The translations under genes were made by a program, and so were the position numbers. From Candidatus Poribacteria bacterium (GTDB lineage Bacteria; Poribacteria; WGA-4E; WGA-3G), in the NCBI GenBank assembly GCA_965197475.1, contig CBDANF010000003.1, positions 2,080,001 to 2,144,000 of the forward strand: DNA of 64,000 nt, written 5' to 3'. Positions 60,565-64,000 of this stretch are shown here, piece by piece; within the stretch, counting starts at the first letter, position 1, and every line of letters begins with the position of its first letter. Below the pieces are notes generated by a model, which saw only the letters and a program-made list of their open reading frames with translations, had not been told where the DNA came from and searched no databases.

Positions 60565-60933
60565 ATGAAAAATCTATTCTTTGCACTCGGTTCAGGATTC
60601 AGTCTATTGGGCGTAGTGTTCGGTGCTTTTGGTGCACACGCACTTAAAGAAAAACTGTCCAAAGAGATGTTAGATATTTTTGAGGTGGCAGTTCGATATC
60701 AGATGTATCACGGGATAGGATTAATTGTAGTGGCATGGGCATTGTCGCAGTGGCAAAACTCGCTGACAACTGCGGCAGGATGGTGTTTTATTGCAGGTAT
60801 TCTAATCTTTTCGGGTAGTCTTTATATCTACAGTTTGACCAACACCTCTTGGCTCGGTGCAATCACACCGATTGGTGGATTAGCGTTCATTGCTGGATGG
60901 GGATTTTTGATAGTAGCAGTTTTTCGGAAGTGA
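60565..60933 (+). CDS. DUF423 (YgdD/TMEM256) membrane protein
   Basis: GAFGAH, YQMYH, FSGSLY and GAITPIGG motifs. Confidence 0.93.
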   Translation: MKNLFFALGSGFSLLGVVFGAFGAHALKEKLSKEMLDIFEVAVRYQMYHGIGLIVVAWALSQWQNSLTTAAGWCFIAGILIFSGSLYIYSLTNTSWLGAITPIGGLAFIAGWGFLIVAVFRK

Positions 60934-60952
60934 AATTGATTGTTTCAATAAC

Positions 60953-63001
60953 TCAATTATTTATTTGAGCAATTTTCTCCCAATCCCAAAGGAGGATTGT
61001 GCCATCTCTGCTTGCGCTGAATAAAGTTTTTCCATCTTCTGAGAACATCAAAGCGTTGACCCAATTGGTATGCCCTATGTGCGTAGACAAAAGACGAAGC
61101 GTGTGCGCGCCCCACAATTGGATTTTTCCGTTGTAATTTCCACTTACAATCGTTTTACCATCTGGCGAAAATTGCAGGGTGTTCACAGTTCCCTCAGTTT
61201 GACTGTTAGTTAGCTGCTGACCTGTCGTTACGTCCCATAAATAAATTGTCTGATAATTTTCTCCGCTTGCAAGTATTTTTCCGTTCGGTGAGAATGCTAA
61301 CGCCCTGATTGTTTGTTTATGCCCAGTAAGCGTAAAACGGGTACTGCCCATCTCCACGTCCCACAAGCGAATTACTTTGTTCCTATCATGTACGGTTGCC
61401 AGTATTTTCCCGTTTGGTGAGAATTTCAATATATATCCCTCATCTATATGACCTTCAAGGGTATATTGCGGGGAAATTGACTTGGAACTGAAGAAAAGTC
61501 TTTTCAAGAACGATCGTGACTGATTAGGAATGTTCCACACATGAATTAGCCCGATTCCCTGGTGCACAGTTGCACTTGCTAACCTTTTCCCATCTAACGA
61601 GAATACGAAATTCGGTATTTTAGACAACGGAACCTCACGCCCCTTTAAAGTCGCTCGTATACGTTTTTTGGATATATCCCACAATAACGTATATTTCGCA
61701 GTCCAATCCTTAAGAGTGAGCGTCTTGGCATCCGGTGAAATTGCTTGAGGACTTTTATTTTTGAAGTAGTATCCTGACAGATGGTGCCCTACATTAATAT
61801 CCCAGTGCAGTAGTTGACTTTTCCATGAATGCACGCTGATTAAGGCGTTTCTTTCTTCAGAAGCGGCTAACTCTGAGATTTCGCTTGTATGCCCTGGGCA
61901 TATAAATTGTTGGCGACCCGTGATTGTATCCCACGCTCGAATTGTACCGTCGTCGCTGCCAGAAAGCAGCATTTTTCCATCCGGTGAAAATGCTAACGTG
62001 GAAACATCGTCTTTATGTCCTTTGAGCGTTAAAGTGGGCAGATATTGACCTATTTTTCCCCGTAACCCTTGTTGTTTCGCGGTTGCATTCCACAAGCGTA
62101 TACTTCCACCATAACCTCCGCTCGCAAGTAATTTACCATTCGGTGCAAAGGATAATGCATAGAAACCATCAGGTGCTTTGAAGGTTGCGTGAGATGTTGC
62201 GGTATCCATATTCCACAACTTGATTGTCCGGGATTCATCACCACTTGCAAGCGTCTTACCATCCGGTGAAAACGCCAAAGCCTTTATCCACCGTGTATGT
62301 CCTGTTAGAGTGAACAAATGGTTCCCAGTTGTCGCATTCCATACATGGATCGGAGAGATGTGTCGTGGTTCTGACACTGCAATTGCAAGAAAACGCCTAT
62401 CTTGTGAAAGTGCAATTACGAATCTATGTGCTTTAAAGTCGAAATCTATATTTGTAATAGGCAGCGGTGCTGCCTCATCACCGAGGTTCCAAACGTGAAT
62501 TTTTTTATGCCGCCTGCTTACACTAATCAGTTTTACACCATCCTCAGAGAAGATAACTGGTGTTGAGAGTTTGATTTTTTCATTTACGAGAATAGAGCGG
62601 AGTTCGCCGGTGGTTGCATTCCATCGCGGTACCCCTCCCGTAGAATTGGCACCAACAAGAAAACGACCGTCTTTAGAAAAAGCAACTCCTTTTATGTCCT
62701 GCCTATCCCCTTTGAACAAGGAGATTTCTTTTCCAGTTTGGGCATCATACATCCAGACACCAATAGTGGTTGCCACTGCAAACCGAGTGCCATCCGGTGA
62801 AAACTTTATGTCATTTATACTGCCTTTGCCTAAACGCGCTTTGGCACCTTCAGGCAATTCCCATTGGGTATACTCAACATCGGATGACTGTGGTATCAAT
62901 TCTGTTGAATCCCGATTCGTTACCCAACGAACGAACACCATCAACGCAATAGTGCCGAAAACCGCTGTTAGTATCACAAAGAAGACACGTGAGATTTTCA
63001 T
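60953..63001 (-). CDS. N-terminally anchored WD40-repeat protein
   Basis: TM/signal segment, YTQWELPEGAKARLGKG leader, many GH..V.AL.FSPDG..LASG..D.TI.LW repeats. Confidence 0.93.
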   Translation of the reverse strand: MKISRVFFVILTAVFGTIALMVFVRWVTNRDSTELIPQSSDVEYTQWELPEGAKARLGKGSINDIKFSPDGTRFAVATTIGVWMYDAQTGKEISLFKGDRQDIKGVAFSKDGRFLVGANSTGGVPRWNATTGELRSILVNEKIKLSTPVIFSEDGVKLISVSRRHKKIHVWNLGDEAAPLPITNIDFDFKAHRFVIALSQDRRFLAIAVSEPRHISPIHVWNATTGNHLFTLTGHTRWIKALAFSPDGKTLASGDESRTIKLWNMDTATSHATFKAPDGFYALSFAPNGKLLASGGYGGSIRLWNATAKQQGLRGKIGQYLPTLTLKGHKDDVSTLAFSPDGKMLLSGSDDGTIRAWDTITGRQQFICPGHTSEISELAASEERNALISVHSWKSQLLHWDINVGHHLSGYYFKNKSPQAISPDAKTLTLKDWTAKYTLLWDISKKRIRATLKGREVPLSKIPNFVFSLDGKRLASATVHQGIGLIHVWNIPNQSRSFLKRLFFSSKSISPQYTLEGHIDEGYILKFSPNGKILATVHDRNKVIRLWDVEMGSTRFTLTGHKQTIRALAFSPNGKILASGENYQTIYLWDVTTGQQLTNSQTEGTVNTLQFSPDGKTIVSGNYNGKIQLWGAHTLRLLSTHIGHTNWVNALMFSEDGKTLFSASRDGTILLWDWEKIAQINN

Positions 63002-63044
63002 AGGTATTAAATTCCCTTTAGCATAATGTATACGAAAATAGTAA

Positions 63045-64000
63045 TTACTTATTTCCAAACCTCAATTTTTCCCAATCCCAGAGGAGGATTGTGCCATCCC
63101 TGCTCGCGCTGACTAATGTTTTTCCATCCGCGCCAAAGACCAAAGCATTAATCCAACTGGTATGTCCGTTGTGTGTAGACAACAGACGAAGTGTGCGTGC
63201 GTCCAACAATTGGATTTTACCGTTGTAAGTTCCACTTACGAGCGTTTTGCCATCTGGTGAAAATCGCAGAATGTTTGCTGTTTCCACATTTTGATTTTCG
63301 GTTAGCTGCTGACCTGTCGCTACGTCCCATAAATTGAATGTCTTATAATTTCCCCCACTAACGAGTGTTTTTCCGTCCGGTGAGAATGCTAACGCTCTGA
63401 TTGTATGTTTATGTTCAGTAGTAAGGGTAAATAAATTGCTACCTGTCTCCACTTCCCACAAACATATTATTTTGTCACTGCCTCCGCTCGCGAGTATTTT
63501 ACCATTTGGCGAGAATGCTAATTCTCCAATTGAAGCTGTGTGTCCCTCAAGTGTGTACCGTGGCTGAATCGTCTTTGATCTGGAAAAAAGACTCTTCAAA
63601 AACGATTGCGGCTGATTCGTAATGTCCCACACATGGACTACTCCAATTTGTTTATTATCCAGCGTAGTACTCGCCAACTTTTTTCCATCAAAAGAGAATG
63701 CGAATATGAAATTCAGCGCGATTGATGGATACCTGTGCCCTTCTAAGATGACTTGATCACGATTCTTGGAAATATTCCATAATTTTATCTTATTTTTCCC
63801 TTTCCAGTCCTTCATTATTAGGGTAGTAGCATCCGGTGAAATTGCCTCAGGGCTTTTCCATTTGAAGAAGGTCCCCGACAGATGGTGCCCTACATTAATA
63901 TCCCAATGCAGGAGTTGATTTTTCCATGAATGTACACTTATTAAGGTATTTCCTCCATCAGAAACGGCTAATCCAGAGATTTCGCTTGTATGTCCTGGGC
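63045..64000 (-). CDS. WD40-repeat protein, tandem paralogue, 5' end outside the window
   Basis: Frame is open to the window edge (PGHTSEIS..) and colinear with the downstream paralogue. Confidence 0.9.
   Translation of the reverse strand, partial: PGHTSEISGLAVSDGGNTLISVHSWKNQLLHWDINVGHHLSGTFFKWKSPEAISPDATTLIMKDWKGKNKIKLWNISKNRDQVILEGHRYPSIALNFIFAFSFDGKKLASTTLDNKQIGVVHVWDITNQPQSFLKSLFSRSKTIQPRYTLEGHTASIGELAFSPNGKILASGGSDKIICLWEVETGSNLFTLTTEHKHTIRALAFSPDGKTLVSGGNYKTFNLWDVATGQQLTENQNVETANILRFSPDGKTLVSGTYNGKIQLLDARTLRLLSTHNGHTSWINALVFGADGKTLVSASRDGTILLWDWEKLRFGNK

Noticed and set aside
60953-64000. Diversity-generating retroelement acting on the WD40 genes
   Set aside because: There is no reverse transcriptase in the window, and the differences include indels and all base types rather than adenine-specific changes.

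Overview
Bacterial chromosomal window of roughly 42-45% GC. The expanded WD40 propellers, Uma2 nuclease, PhyH dioxygenase, sulfatase and dense REP/MITE content suggest Ca. Poribacteria or a similar lineage (inference, not tested). Housekeeping blocks: udk; DUF368-nadK-recN-IOR-aroE-zapA; pcrA-gatC-gatA-ctpA-mmsA; recJ-rel; rpmB; rsmA; EF-G2. Between them lie a three-gene Hsp20 cluster with tandem sigma54 promoters and enhancer sites, a Type I R-M locus with inserted cargo genes, a second defence-like block (frameshifted PD-(D/E)XK gene, C5-MTase plus HaeII-family REase, VWA protein, SNF2-SWIM helicase, ISAs1 remnant), a gene-decay zone at 54-58 kb and tandem WD40 paralogues. The most striking unexplained signals are four Fur-like 9-1-9 palindromes at exact 32-bp spacing in a 1-kb AT-rich gene-free gap, and a MITE family (TACCATTTCT ends, TAA/TTA target duplications) that carries REP hairpins and creates a promoter. 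I recognised no rRNA, tRNA or CRISPR array.
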